Source: Lachnospirales bacterium
Lineage (GTDB): Bacteria; Bacillota; Clostridia; Lachnospirales; CAMZNU01
Assembly (NCBI GenBank): GCA_047973385.1
Contig: JBKEBX010000021.1
Span: forward strand, 3,158 to 67,157
Direction: 5' to 3'
DNA: 64,000 nucleotides
Shown: positions 6,842-17,245 of the stretch, in pieces
Numbering within the stretch: the stretch's first letter is position 1
How the letters are laid out: each line of letters starts with the position of its first letter
Notes under the pieces: model-generated
The model's input: the letters and a program-made list of their open reading frames with translations, nothing else
What the model was told of the DNA's origin: nothing
The model's database searches: none
Position numbers and translations under genes: made by a program

Positions 6842-9055
6842 CTACTCCTTTTCGTCAACATGGGATTTTTCTTCATCATCTACTTCTGTTACTTCTTCAA
6901 CATCTTCTTCTTTTTCCTTACTATCATAGGAAGTTGTTGTATCAAGTTTATCCTTTATAGTTGCATCCTCAACCTTTGGAGTTTCTTTTTTCTCTGGGTA
7001 AACTACACGCTCATGATACATACCTTGGAAAACTCCAAAAAAAGTTTCTTTCACTACTTCAACTTCTTTATAGGTAAGTTCACACTCAGAAAGTTGACCA
7101 TCACTTATTTTATCGTTAATAAGTTTGCTTATATATGCCTTTAACTCATCATCAGAAGCTAAAGTTTTTATCATGCTTCTTACAGCAGCCTCAACAGTAT
7201 CTGCAAGCATTATGATACCAGCTTCCTTTGTTTGGGGACGATTTGAAGTATATCTGAAATCTTCTTCCTTTGCATCGGGATTATTTTCAAGTGCTTTATA
7301 ATAGAAAAACTTAACTAAAGTGTTACCATGATGTTGGAAAGCTATTTCCATAACTTTTTGTGGCAACTTATGTTTTTTAGCAAGTTCTATACCATCTGTA
7401 ACATGTGCCTTAATTATTTTTGTACTTTCTTCAGGCGATAAACTTGTATGCATACTTACACCGTTTTGGTTTTCTCCAAAATAACTTGAATTAGATAACT
7501 TACCTATATCATGATAATAACATGCAGCTCGTATTAAATTGAAGTTTGCACCGATTTTTTCAGCTGCAGCTTCTGAAAGGTTTGCAACTATTAAAGAGTG
7601 ATGATACGTACCAGGAGCTTCAATTGTCAATCTTTTAAGTAATGGTTTTGATGGCTTTGTAAGCTCAGTTAAAGTTGTAGGCGTAAGTATACCAAACATT
7701 ACTTCCCAAAGCGGCATAGTTCCAATCGCAAGACATACAACTAAGGCTGTTGCAAAAAGTGGTACATATATTAATTCTCTGTTTTCAACTGAAAAAATAT
7801 TTGTTGCCACTTGTGTACTCGTAAAGAAATAGTTAAGCACATAAGTTACAGCAACGTTAAATAAACATAGCATAATAGTTGTAGATACAAGCTTTGATCT
7901 TTCTGTAATTTGATGTGATACACTAACCATAAAAAATCCAGCAAGTAACACATACATAACATCGACCACTGTAAATCCAGCTAAACTTATACCCTGTATA
8001 CAAAGCATAATAGTCATAAGAAATGCCACTTTAAAATCAATTAAAACTGCCACCCATAAAAGTATTAACAACGAGAAATTTGCTGCATAATTACTACCTG
8101 TTATAACAGAAAGTGCCAAAAGTCCAATTAAATATATTACAAAAAAAGCAAGACATAAACTATGACTCTCAAGAGATTTTATCTCAAATTTAACTATGAA
8201 AGTCAAGAAAAGCAACAACATAATCATACATTGTGCAAGATAACCTAATACTTCAACAATGTCCACTTTTGAGGCATCTGCTTCAATAAATCCAAGTTGA
8301 TTTAACAGACTATATGATTCAAGAGTTATAATCTCTCCTTCGTCAACAATAGTCTGTCCCTCTTTTATCATAACATCTTCAACATTTTCAATTGCCAAAT
8401 CTTTATTAGCTTGGGTTATTTCCTCATCAATAAAGTTGTTAGGCTCTAAAAAGCTAAGAGCAAGTTTATAAGCAATATCAACATATTTTGAATCAATTTT
8501 ATTTGCTAAGCTATCTTTAACTAAAACAGAAGTTTTAGGCATTTCATCAGTTTTTATACCTGCTTGTAAAGTTTCATCTATAACAGATTCAATAGAGCTT
8601 TTAAAAACTGAATAATCTTCTGTACTCATAGTTATAAGGGTTTCAGCTTCTGTTGCTGTATAGTCCTCTAAAGCAGTTTCAAAATTATAAACTCTTGGCT
8701 CTGAGCCCTCTGGCAAAGAGGAATTGTACGCTATCATAGCATTATATGAAACTCTTTTAGACTCGATTAATAGAAAGAAATTATCCAGTTCTTTCTCCAT
8801 TTCTGTTGTTTTTTCTTCATCTATTACATAAACAGCCGAAGTGTTATTTTCAGCCTCAAGTTTCAACTCATCTGTTGCATATTCATTTACTGTTGTAATA
8901 GGACTTTTTATTTTTGTAGGTGCAACGTCACCTATTTCTAAATTAAAACTTTCAGATACATTACTTTTCAGAACTAGCAATAAAAAAGTTATAACAAGTG
9001 CAATCATAATTAACGTAGCTTTAAAAAAATCTATTTTACTATTTTTACTACTCAT
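6842..9055 (-). CDS. pgpH: 7TM-HD phosphohydrolase (PgpH/YqfF-like c-di-AMP phosphodiesterase)
   Basis: Extracellular domain plus multiple TM helices plus HD domain (APGTYHHS, YYHDIGK, HHG, LADTVEAA); phoH-ybeY synteny. Confidence 0.88.
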   Translation of the reverse strand: MSSKNSKIDFFKATLIMIALVITFLLLVLKSNVSESFNLEIGDVAPTKIKSPITTVNEYATDELKLEAENNTSAVYVIDEEKTTEMEKELDNFFLLIESKRVSYNAMIAYNSSLPEGSEPRVYNFETALEDYTATEAETLITMSTEDYSVFKSSIESVIDETLQAGIKTDEMPKTSVLVKDSLANKIDSKYVDIAYKLALSFLEPNNFIDEEITQANKDLAIENVEDVMIKEGQTIVDEGEIITLESYSLLNQLGFIEADASKVDIVEVLGYLAQCMIMLLLFLTFIVKFEIKSLESHSLCLAFFVIYLIGLLALSVITGSNYAANFSLLILLWVAVLIDFKVAFLMTIMLCIQGISLAGFTVVDVMYVLLAGFFMVSVSHQITERSKLVSTTIMLCLFNVAVTYVLNYFFTSTQVATNIFSVENRELIYVPLFATALVVCLAIGTMPLWEVMFGILTPTTLTELTKPSKPLLKRLTIEAPGTYHHSLIVANLSEAAAEKIGANFNLIRAACYYHDIGKLSNSSYFGENQNGVSMHTSLSPEESTKIIKAHVTDGIELAKKHKLPQKVMEIAFQHHGNTLVKFFYYKALENNPDAKEEDFRYTSNRPQTKEAGIIMLADTVEAAVRSMIKTLASDDELKAYISKLINDKISDGQLSECELTYKEVEVVKETFFGVFQGMYHERVVYPEKKETPKVEDATIKDKLDTTTSYDSKEKEEDVEEVTEVDDEEKSHVDEKE

Positions 9056-9106
9056 ATCTCCCTCGATTTCTTCTAAAATACATTATAGTTATCAGCGTTA
9101 TAGTCA

Positions 9107-10195
9107 TTATCTTTTATCCCTATTTCTAATAGGTTTACCATTAGCATCTCTATGAACATATATCTTTTTCAAATTAGTATTTGCAAAACGTGAGGAACGT
9201 TCTTCTTTAAATTCTTCTCGTTTTCGTCTTTTATCTTGTTCTTTATCAGCCTTTTCATAAGCTTTTATAATTGATTGAACAAGAGGGTGTCGCACAACAT
9301 CTTTATTTGTAAATTTACATATAGAAATATCTTCTACATTTTCTAAAATCGAAACTGCAACATCAAGTCCTGATTTTTTGCCATAGGGTAAATCAATTTG
9401 AGTAACATCTCCTGTAACACAAACTTTTGAACCAAAACCAATTCTTGTTAAAAACATTTTCATTTGTTCAGGTGTAGTATTTTGTGCTTCATCAAGTACA
9501 ATAAAGGCATTATCAAGAGTTCTACCACGCATATAAGCAAGTGGTGCAACTTCGATTAAACCTTTCTCCATATTTTTTGTAAAATTTTCAGCACCCATAA
9601 TTTCATATAATGCATCGTATAAAGGTCTAAGATATGGGTCAACTTTTTGTTGTAAATCACCAGGTAAAAAACCTAATCTTTCACCTGCTTCAATAGCAGG
9701 TCGAGTTAAAATTATACGGTTAACCTGATTGTTTTTAAAAGCTTTTATAGCCATAGCCATAGCTAAATAAGTTTTACCCGTACCAGCAGGTCCAACACCA
9801 AAAACAACTGTATTTTTCTTTATAGCCTCAACATATCTTTTTTGTCCAACGGTTTTAGGACGTATAGGCTTGTTAGATATTGTCAAAGCTACAACTTCGC
9901 TATCCATTTTATCTACTTCTTTTTCATCAATCTCTTCAATTATACTAATAAGATATTTTACATAGGTTACAGAAACTTCTTCATTTCGCTCTGCTCTTTT
10001 AATCATTTTATCTATTATTTTATATGCTTTTCTTAATTGTTCATCATCACCATTTATAGAAATATTTTCCCCACGAGCTATAATTTGTACTTTCAAATCT
10101 TCTTCAATCGCTTTTAGGTTTTCATCAAAGCTTCCAACTATTTTAGGTAACAATCTTGCATCTATTGTAATTGCATTATTTTCTTCCATTTTCAC
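9107..10195 (-). CDS. phoH: PhoH-like ATPase (YbeZ type)
   Basis: GPAGTGKT, LTRPAIEAGERLGFLPG, YMRGRTL, DEAQN motifs. Confidence 0.96.
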   Translation of the reverse strand: MKMEENNAITIDARLLPKIVGSFDENLKAIEEDLKVQIIARGENISINGDDEQLRKAYKIIDKMIKRAERNEEVSVTYVKYLISIIEEIDEKEVDKMDSEVVALTISNKPIRPKTVGQKRYVEAIKKNTVVFGVGPAGTGKTYLAMAMAIKAFKNNQVNRIILTRPAIEAGERLGFLPGDLQQKVDPYLRPLYDALYEIMGAENFTKNMEKGLIEVAPLAYMRGRTLDNAFIVLDEAQNTTPEQMKMFLTRIGFGSKVCVTGDVTQIDLPYGKKSGLDVAVSILENVEDISICKFTNKDVVRHPLVQSIIKAYEKADKEQDKRRKREEFKEERSSRFANTNLKKIYVHRDANGKPIRNRDKR

Positions 10196-10221
10196 CTCAA
10201 GTAAATCTTTTGTATTTATAT

Positions 10222-10313
10222 TGCTTCACTCACAAAATATAGAAAATCCATTTTCATAACAAAACAACAGCTACTTTTGCAATGTGCCATTCTTTTAATT
10301 TTGCAACGTTGCC
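10222..10313 (+). mobile_element. MITE copy A (internally deleted, 92 bp)
   Basis: Both ends match the 173 bp family; flanked by an ATAT direct repeat (10218-10221 and 10314-10317). Confidence 0.75.
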
Positions 10314-10318
10314 ATATT

Positions 10319-11572
10319 TTAACTTTCACTTTCCTGTTTTTCTTCTTCGTTTATTTTTTCATTTACTTCTTTTTCAATAACTTCATCATAATCTATTACC
10401 TTTTCTTCAGCAATATTCTCTACAACATATATTATACTATAAACTTCTATGTTTTGGCTAGTTTTTTTTATATTTATTGTTTTTTCTACAACATCAGCAT
10501 CAATATCGAAGTTACTATAAATTAAATTGTTCAGCATTTCATTGCTTTCAGCCTTGATTTCTTCTTCATTTTTCTCCTTAGTTGTGATTTTTAACTCCTT
10601 ATAACTACTTTTCGTTATAACAATTGGAAAAGTATATTTTTCCGACAATTTTAATTGAACACGTTTAGTAGTTTTATTAAAATTTTCATAGTTTATATTT
10701 CTTTTTAATATATCATAGTTTTTACCAAAAAAATAGATGCTATAATCATTTTTTAAATTTCCTGTTTCTTCTTCAATATAAACCTTATCATCAATTGTAT
10801 AATAAAAGTCATAAACAGTTTTAGCACGAACTTCACTTACAGCTTTAACATAGCTATAATTTTTCCCATTTTCATCTTCGTTTAATTCTATTTTCCCTGT
10901 AACTAAAATATCCCCCTTACTTACAACATCACCAATTGTAACTACTTGTTTACCCTTACTTGTTTTTGTATAATATATAACACCATCTTTTTTTGCCACA
11001 ATATTTGAAGGTATATCTTCTGTAAGATTTATTTCCTTTTCTATTGCCTCAGACACATCGATTTTTAAAGTTGTTCCTTCTGTATATATACTAACCCACG
11101 TAATTTTGGGAAAATTCTTTTGTACGATTTTCTCTAATTCTTCCATATTAAACTCATTATTATATTTGCCAATGTATATATCATTTTCCTTTAAAACTTC
11201 AATTACTTCATAGTTATTTATAGTAGTGTTTCCCTCAATTTCAATATTCCATATAAATCTTGATAAAAAATTAATTGTAAATAAAAAAAATAGGCAACCA
11301 AAAAGTAAAATTTTTCGTTTCCTATACCTATGCATTAAAAAAGGTATACCTGTTTTACCTTTTATCCTTACTTTACAACCTGTTTTCCTCCCAAAGCCTC
11401 TCATTAAGTAAAAACCTTTTATACTTGTTGAACAAATCAGCTTTGATCCATAATTGTTCACATTCCAAAGGGGTATTTCTTTATTATTACATAAATTTAA
11501 AAATCTATTAATCGCATACCCCAAAACTTCTACTTCTACATACCCTTTTACAAAATTAAAAATAAAACGCAC
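10319..11572 (-). CDS. yqfD: Sporulation protein YqfD
   Basis: GYVEVEV..RFLNLC, KTGIPF, SRFIWNIEIEGN, NIVAKKDGVI, GDILVTG; adjacent to yqfC and phoH. Confidence 0.92.
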   Translation of the reverse strand: MRFIFNFVKGYVEVEVLGYAINRFLNLCNNKEIPLWNVNNYGSKLICSTSIKGFYLMRGFGRKTGCKVRIKGKTGIPFLMHRYRKRKILLFGCLFFLFTINFLSRFIWNIEIEGNTTINNYEVIEVLKENDIYIGKYNNEFNMEELEKIVQKNFPKITWVSIYTEGTTLKIDVSEAIEKEINLTEDIPSNIVAKKDGVIYYTKTSKGKQVVTIGDVVSKGDILVTGKIELNEDENGKNYSYVKAVSEVRAKTVYDFYYTIDDKVYIEEETGNLKNDYSIYFFGKNYDILKRNINYENFNKTTKRVQLKLSEKYTFPIVITKSSYKELKITTKEKNEEEIKAESNEMLNNLIYSNFDIDADVVEKTINIKKTSQNIEVYSIIYVVENIAEEKVIDYDEVIEKEVNEKINEEEKQESES

Positions 11573-11580
11573 AATCTCAC

Positions 11581-11844
11581 CTACCCTTTAAATATAGCAC
11601 CATCTAAATCGCCATAAATTTTAATACTTTCGTTATTCATTTCTCTTATCCATATTTCACTACCTAATATACTAAGTATTCCAACTGATGTATTTAGCCT
11701 TATACATTGGTTAGAATATTCTATTATTCCCTTATAATTTTCTACATATATTTCACTTTTACCCAGAATCGTAACTATGGGTGCATTTAGATGTGTTGCT
11801 TTTTTAACTTCTCTTTCTTCTCTATTCCATATATTTTTTTGCAT
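11581..11844 (-). CDS. yqfC: Sporulation protein YqfC (YabP family)
   Basis: PIVTILGKSEIYVENYKGIIEYS...IRLNT motif. Confidence 0.9.
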   Translation of the reverse strand: MQKNIWNREEREVKKATHLNAPIVTILGKSEIYVENYKGIIEYSNQCIRLNTSVGILSILGSEIWIREMNNESIKIYGDLDGAIFKG

Positions 11845-11875
11845 AATACTCCTTTTACATAAACTAAGTTATAAT

Positions 11876-11904
11876 ATCCTATGTAAATAATTTTATATTT
11901 ATGA
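11876..11904 (-). promoter_or_regulatory. Sigma-E-type promoter of yqfCD
   Basis: TCATAAA-N14-CATAGGAT matches the sigma-E consensus (ATA..-N14-CATAnnnT). yqfCD is sigma-E controlled in B. subtilis. Confidence 0.6.
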
Positions 11905-12023
11905 TACACATTAAAAAATATAATTTTGAATTTTAAAAAGTTGAAGTTCTAAAACACTATACTAATATTTTATATTATGCTATACTGTAATAAGTATTTA
12001 ATAAAAATGTTAGGAGATATATT

Positions 12024-13259
12024 ATGAATTTTCAAGAAAAACTTAGATTATACGCAAAAACTGCTGTACGAGTAGGTGTAAACCTAAAACCAAACCAAGA
12101 CCTTGTAGTAAACGCATCTGTTGAGTGTCTTGAGGTTGCTAGACTTGTAGTTGAAGAAGCTTATGAAGCTGGTGCAAAAACTGTTACTTTAAAATTACTA
12201 GATGATTATATAACTTATTTAAGATATAAAAAAGCTCCAGATACATCTTTTGAAGATGAAGTGCCACCTTACCAAATTGCAGAATCAAAATATCGTTTAG
12301 ATAACAAATGTGCTTTTTTAACAATAAAATCAACTGACCCTGAACTACTTAAAGATTGTGACCCTAAAAGAGTTAGTGGTTGGTCTAAAAAAATGAGTAT
12401 TGCAATGGAGGAAAACAGTGCTAGACTTATGAATAATGAAAGTCAATGGCTTGTTTTAACTGCACCTACTAAGTCAGTTTCTACACTTATCTTTCCTAAC
12501 GAAACACCTGAAAAAGCTATGGAGCTTCACTGGGAAGAAATTTTCAAAGCTTGTAGAATAGACACTCCTGACCCTGTTGTTGCATGGAAAGAACATCAAA
12601 ATGCTATCCACGCAAAAGTTGATTGGTTAAATGAGATGAATTTTGACTCATTACAATTTGTAAATAGTGATAAATCAACTAATATAAATATTGGTCTTGT
12701 TAAAAATCATGTATGGGCTGGAGCTGGTGATACAACTGTCGACGGCCACCCGTTTATGCCAAACTTACCGACAGAAGAAAGCTTTTGTATGCCTGATTCT
12801 CAAAATGTTAACGGTGTTGTTAAAAGTACAAAACCACTTAACTATCAAGGTAACCTTATAGACAACTTTACCCTTACTTTTAAAGATGGTAAAGTAGTCG
12901 ATTTCACTGCTGAAACAGGTTATGAAGCTTTAAAAAATATGTTAGATGCCGATGAAGGTGCAAGACGTATTGGCGAAGTTGCACTTGTTCCTGACGATAG
13001 CCCAATTTCTAACTCTGGGCTTATCTTCTACAATACTTTATTTGATGAGAATGCATCTTGTCATCTCGCTCTAGGTCGTGCATACCCTACTAATATAAAA
13101 GGTGGAAGCGAAATGTCAAAAGAAGAACTTATAAAAAATAACGCAAATAGTTCAATCATTCACGTTGATTTCATGATAGGTAGTGCTGACTTAAATATTA
13201 CTGGTATTAAAAGTGATGGTAAAGAAGTGCCTGTTTTTGTTAGTGGAAACTGGGCTTAA
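12024..13259 (+). CDS. M29 family aminopeptidase (AmpS/PepS-like)
   Basis: PNLPTEE, GEVALVP, YNTLFDENASCHLALG.AY, NSSIIHVDFMIG motifs. Confidence 0.93.
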   Translation: MNFQEKLRLYAKTAVRVGVNLKPNQDLVVNASVECLEVARLVVEEAYEAGAKTVTLKLLDDYITYLRYKKAPDTSFEDEVPPYQIAESKYRLDNKCAFLTIKSTDPELLKDCDPKRVSGWSKKMSIAMEENSARLMNNESQWLVLTAPTKSVSTLIFPNETPEKAMELHWEEIFKACRIDTPDPVVAWKEHQNAIHAKVDWLNEMNFDSLQFVNSDKSTNINIGLVKNHVWAGAGDTTVDGHPFMPNLPTEESFCMPDSQNVNGVVKSTKPLNYQGNLIDNFTLTFKDGKVVDFTAETGYEALKNMLDADEGARRIGEVALVPDDSPISNSGLIFYNTLFDENASCHLALGRAYPTNIKGGSEMSKEELIKNNANSSIIHVDFMIGSADLNITGIKSDGKEVPVFVSGNWA

Positions 13260-13271
13260 TCAATTTAAAAC

Positions 13272-13308
13272 AAAAAGGCTATGCAAAAATTTTGCACAGC
13301 CTTTTTTT
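13272..13308. terminator. Bidirectional intrinsic terminator
   Basis: AAAAAGGCT.TGCAAAA/TTTTGCA.AGCCTTTTTTT between convergent genes. Confidence 0.8.
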
Positions 13309-13320
13309 GATTTAACAAAT

Positions 13321-14064
13321 TTATTCTACTATAAAAACAAAAGTATCATAATTAGAAAATTTGTCAGAGAACTTCAAATTCAACTCATTAAATTTCTTTA
13401 TATCCTCTATATTTTCTAGTTTATTTTTAGCCATATATTGTACCATTTTACCCCTTGCAATTTTCGCAAATGTACCTTTTTGTTTCACCTTACCGTCTAT
13501 AAGCTCACCAAAAACAACCGTAACAAATCTATCCTTTGGGTTTAAAAACTTCTCTATTGTTTTAGAATACTCTTTAGATGCAAGATTAAGTATTACATTA
13601 TCTTCCTGAATAACTTCTTTATACAACTTATCGTCCCAAAAGTCATACAAGTCTTTGTATTTATCAAAAACAAGTTTACCTTGCATTTCAAGTCTATATG
13701 GCGTTACAGCATCAAAGGGTTTTAGAACTCCGTAAAAGCCTGATAAAATTCTAAGTTTATCTTCTATATAATCAAGTTCATCATAAGTAAATATACTTGG
13801 CGCCATGTTTTGATACTGTAAACCCTCATAGGACAAAATGGCAGGTGTATTTGCCTTTTCTATATCCATATTAGAAAAACGTTCAAAGTTTAGTGTTGCG
13901 ATTTTATCGTTGCATTTCCATAAATCCTTTAATTCATCATATGACAGTTTTTTAATTTCTTTTAACAGAACATCTGTTTCTTTCATAAAATTTGAGAAAC
14001 CTCTATGAGTAAATACATCATTTTCTATATTCATTTTTTTAGCAGGAGATATAATAATTTTCAT
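13321..14064 (-). CDS. yaaA: YaaA/DUF328 peroxide-stress protein
   Basis: MKIIISPAK, LRILSGFYGVLKPFD, YRLEM, NLASKEY, AKIARG motifs. Confidence 0.92.
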   Translation of the reverse strand: MKIIISPAKKMNIENDVFTHRGFSNFMKETDVLLKEIKKLSYDELKDLWKCNDKIATLNFERFSNMDIEKANTPAILSYEGLQYQNMAPSIFTYDELDYIEDKLRILSGFYGVLKPFDAVTPYRLEMQGKLVFDKYKDLYDFWDDKLYKEVIQEDNVILNLASKEYSKTIEKFLNPKDRFVTVVFGELIDGKVKQKGTFAKIARGKMVQYMAKNKLENIEDIKKFNELNLKFSDKFSNYDTFVFIVE

Positions 14065-14096
14065 AAACTCACCTTTATTATTTTTATAATATATTT

Positions 14097-14199
14097 GGCT
14101 TCATTGCAAAATATAGAAAAATCCATTTTCATAGCAAAACAACGGCTTTGTGACTTTTCCTTTTGCAATGTGCCATAATTTTAATTTTACAACGTTTCC
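14097..14199 (+). mobile_element. MITE copy B (internally deleted, 103 bp)
   Basis: GGCTTCATTGCAAAAT ... TTTTACAACGTTTCC; ATTT direct repeat (14093-14096 and 14200-14203). Confidence 0.8.
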
Positions 14200-14299
14200 A
14201 TTTAAGCATACTTACAATTATAACATTTATTCTTGCAAGAAATCAATAAAAATGATAAAATATAACTTGTATGATTTTGAAATTTTATGAGGTGAAAAT

Positions 14300-15862
14300 A
14301 TGAGTATTTTAACAGTAAGTAACTTATCCCACGGTTTTGGAGATAGGGCGATATTTGATGATGTTTCTTTTAGACTTTTAAAAAATGAACATATCGGTAT
14401 GATTGGAGCTAACGGTGAGGGAAAATCTACTTTTATGGATATAATAACAAAAAAGCTTGAGCCAGATAGTGGTAACATAGAATGGTCAAAGAGAGTACGT
14501 GTTGGATACCTTGACCAAAATGTTGTACTAAAAGAGGGTATGAGCGTTCGTGATGTTTTAAACACAGCTTTTCAGTATATGTATGACATAGAAGAAGAAA
14601 TTGCCGAAATGTATAATAAAATGGCTGATTTATCCGATGAAGAAGTTACGGCTTTACTAGAGGAAGTTGGTACACTACAAGATATTTTAGATAATAACGA
14701 CTTTTATGCAATCGACTATAAAGTAGAGGAAACTGCTCGTGGTCTTGGTGTTTTAGATATAGGACTGGATAAAGATGTTAATGATTTAAGTGGTGGACAA
14801 AGAACTAAAGTTCTTTTAACAAAATTGCTACTTGAAAAACCTGATATTTTACTACTTGATGAACCTACAAATTATTTGGACGAAGACCATATAGAATGGC
14901 TAACAAAATATCTACAAGAATATGAAGACGCTTTTATTCTTATATCTCATGATATACCGTTTTTCAACAGTGTTGTAAATATAATTTATCATATGGAGAA
15001 CCAAAAACTTGATAGGTATGTTGGTGACTATGATAAGTTTAGAGAAGTTTATGAAATGAAAAAACGTCAAGTAGAAGCAGCTTTCAATAAACAGCAACAA
15101 GAAATCTCCGACTTAAAAGACTTTGTAGCTAGAAACAAAGCTCGTGTTTCAACTCGCAACATGGCTATGAGTAGACAGAAAAAACTTGACAAAATGGACC
15201 TTATAGAACTATCTAAAGAAAAACCAAAACCAGAGTTTAACTTTAAAGAAGCAAGAACTTCAGGAAAAACTATTTTTGAATGTAAAGATTTAGTTATTGG
15301 CTACGATAAAAACTCTCCACTTAGTAAACCTATAAACTTAAAAATGGAACGTGGACAAAAGATTGCTGTTGTAGGCGCAAACGGTATAGGTAAAACTACT
15401 CTACTTCGCAGTTTAATCGGTGAAATAGATAGTATTACAGGTAATGTAGTAACCGGCGAGTACCAACACATTGGCTACTTTGAACAAGAAATCAAAGATG
15501 ACAACTACAATAGTTGTATAGATGAAATATGGGAGGAGTTCCCTGTTTTTACCCAATACGAAGTGCGTTCAGCTCTTGCAAAATGTGGACTTACTAACAA
15601 ACATATTGAAAGTAAAGTTATGGTGCTAAGTGGAGGCGAACAAGCAAAGGTTAGACTTTGCAAGCTTATAAATCGTGAAACAAACATATTGGTACTTGAC
15701 GAGCCTACAAACCACCTTGATGTTGATGCAAAAGCAGAACTAAAAAAAGCATTAAAAAAATACAAAGGTTCAATACTTCTAATATGTCATGAACCTGAAT
15801 TTTACAATGATGTCGTTGATGAAGTATGGAATATTGAGCAATATACTACAAAATTAATATAA
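14300..15862 (+). CDS. ABC-F family ATPase (two ABC domains, no membrane domain)
   Basis: Two Walker A motifs (GANGEGKS, GANGIGKT), LSGGQ/LSGGE, LLLDEPTN twice, inter-domain linker. Confidence 0.95.
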   Translation: MSILTVSNLSHGFGDRAIFDDVSFRLLKNEHIGMIGANGEGKSTFMDIITKKLEPDSGNIEWSKRVRVGYLDQNVVLKEGMSVRDVLNTAFQYMYDIEEEIAEMYNKMADLSDEEVTALLEEVGTLQDILDNNDFYAIDYKVEETARGLGVLDIGLDKDVNDLSGGQRTKVLLTKLLLEKPDILLLDEPTNYLDEDHIEWLTKYLQEYEDAFILISHDIPFFNSVVNIIYHMENQKLDRYVGDYDKFREVYEMKKRQVEAAFNKQQQEISDLKDFVARNKARVSTRNMAMSRQKKLDKMDLIELSKEKPKPEFNFKEARTSGKTIFECKDLVIGYDKNSPLSKPINLKMERGQKIAVVGANGIGKTTLLRSLIGEIDSITGNVVTGEYQHIGYFEQEIKDDNYNSCIDEIWEEFPVFTQYEVRSALAKCGLTNKHIESKVMVLSGGEQAKVRLCKLINRETNILVLDEPTNHLDVDAKAELKKALKKYKGSILLICHEPEFYNDVVDEVWNIEQYTTKLI

Positions 15863-15867
15863 ACCAA

Positions 15868-15916
15868 GGGCTACAAGAAATATCACAAATGCGTGACTTT
15901 TTGTAGCTCATTTTTT
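15868..15916 (+). terminator. Intrinsic terminator after the ABC-F gene
   Basis: GGGCTACAA...TTGTAGCTC followed by a T-run. Confidence 0.6.
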
Positions 15917-15926
15917 CTTTTCATGA

Positions 15927-15954
15927 ACCTATTCTATAAAATTCACATATACTA
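15927..15954 (+). promoter_or_regulatory. Sigma-K-type promoter
   Basis: AC-N17-CATATACTA matches the sigma-K consensus AC-N16/17-CATAnnnTA; RBS AGAGG follows. Confidence 0.5.
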
Positions 15955-15966
15955 TTGTAGAAAGAG

Positions 15967-17244
15967 GTGATTTTTATTAGTAATTATAATTGTAACGATA
16001 GAAAACATGAAGATAAAAAATGCAAAGACGAAAAATGCAAAGATGAAAAAGGATATTGTATAATTGATAAGCCTAAATGTGACGATGACATATATGTACT
16101 TTTAAAAGGCAGTAAAGGTGAAAAAGGCGAACGAGGAGATAAAGGTAAAAAAGGATGTAAGGGCGACACTGGTTGCAAAGGTGACCAAGGTCCTCAAGGT
16201 ATTCCCGGTCCTCAAGGGGTTCCTGGTCCTCAAGGTGTTCAAGGTCTTCAAGGACCTATGGGTGTTCAAGGTGAACAAGGCGAGCGTGGCGACCAAGGTA
16301 TACAAGGTGAAAAGGGCGATACAGGTTGTACTGGTGAGCAAGGTCCTCAAGGTATTCCTGGTCCTCAAGGTGTTCCTGGTCCTCAAGGTGTTCAAGGTCT
16401 TCAAGGACCTATGGGTGTTCAAGGTGAACAAGGCGAGCGTGGCGACCAAGGTATACAAGGTGAAAAGGGCGATACAGGTTGTACTGGTGAGCAAGGTCCT
16501 CAAGGTATTCCTGGTCCTCAAGGGGTTCCTGGCCCTCAAGGTGTTCAAGGCGTTCAAGGCTTAACAGGGCCTAAAGGCGATACAGGTTGTGGAATACCTG
16601 GACCTCAAGGAGAACAAGGAGTTCAAGGTCCTGCTGGTCCATGTTGTGACCCTACTTGTAAAGAAACTATAACTACTCTATTGGAAGATTTAAGCGAAGA
16701 ACAAAAAACAATACTTGGAGATGAATATTTAGAAAGTGAGTTTTTAGAGGAAGCCCTAGTTTCTGTTTTAACTAAAGCTACTTTAAATTTAGAGGGTATG
16801 GGCTTTATACAAGATAGTATAATCGATAATATTATAGATGATTGTTTAGTTAAGCTTTATAGTAGTATTGGTGATGGCACTTTAGTTAATCTTATGGAAA
16901 TTTGCGATGTGCTTGGTATTTGTGTATCTGTTGATACAACTATTGGTCAATGGCTTTTAGACTATGAACTTCCCAGTTATGAAGATAGTAGTAGTTGCAA
17001 ATGCACTCTAGCTATATATGATTTAATAAACAATATTATAACTTTTTGCCCTGAAAAAACTTTAAGTTTTAACATTAACTTAAGTTTAGGCCAAGAAAAC
17101 TTTATTGATGTTAATGTTCTGGAAGTTAGTAAAGGGCTCGTTAAATTTACGCATTTTATAGAAAATACTGAAGTAGTTTGTGTGATTTCTCTTTGTGCAA
17201 TAAGTAGAGTATACTACTTACTTGATAGTTGTACTAATTCTTAA
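15967..17244 (+). CDS. Cys-rich collagen-like protein (probable spore/exosporium surface protein)
   Basis: Long Gly-X-Y run, Lys/Asp/Cys-rich N-terminus, Cys-rich C-terminal domain, no signal peptide, sigma-K-like promoter. Confidence 0.8.
   Translation: MIFISNYNCNDRKHEDKKCKDEKCKDEKGYCIIDKPKCDDDIYVLLKGSKGEKGERGDKGKKGCKGDTGCKGDQGPQGIPGPQGVPGPQGVQGLQGPMGVQGEQGERGDQGIQGEKGDTGCTGEQGPQGIPGPQGVPGPQGVQGLQGPMGVQGEQGERGDQGIQGEKGDTGCTGEQGPQGIPGPQGVPGPQGVQGVQGLTGPKGDTGCGIPGPQGEQGVQGPAGPCCDPTCKETITTLLEDLSEEQKTILGDEYLESEFLEEALVSVLTKATLNLEGMGFIQDSIIDNIIDDCLVKLYSSIGDGTLVNLMEICDVLGICVSVDTTIGQWLLDYELPSYEDSSSCKCTLAIYDLINNIITFCPEKTLSFNINLSLGQENFIDVNVLEVSKGLVKFTHFIENTEVVCVISLCAISRVYYLLDSCTNS
16186..16560 (+). 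repeat. 153 bp near-identical intragenic tandem repeat (about 2.5 copies)
   Basis: The CAAGGTCCTCAAGGTATT start recurs at 16186, 16339 and 16492 (17 Gly-X-Y triplets per unit). Confidence 0.9.
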
Positions 17245-17245
17245 T

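Noticed and set aside
15984-16564. ORFs 15984-16178(-), 16102-16557(-) and 16118-16564(+)
   Set aside because: Shadow frames of the collagen repeat, which lacks stop codons in alternative frames.
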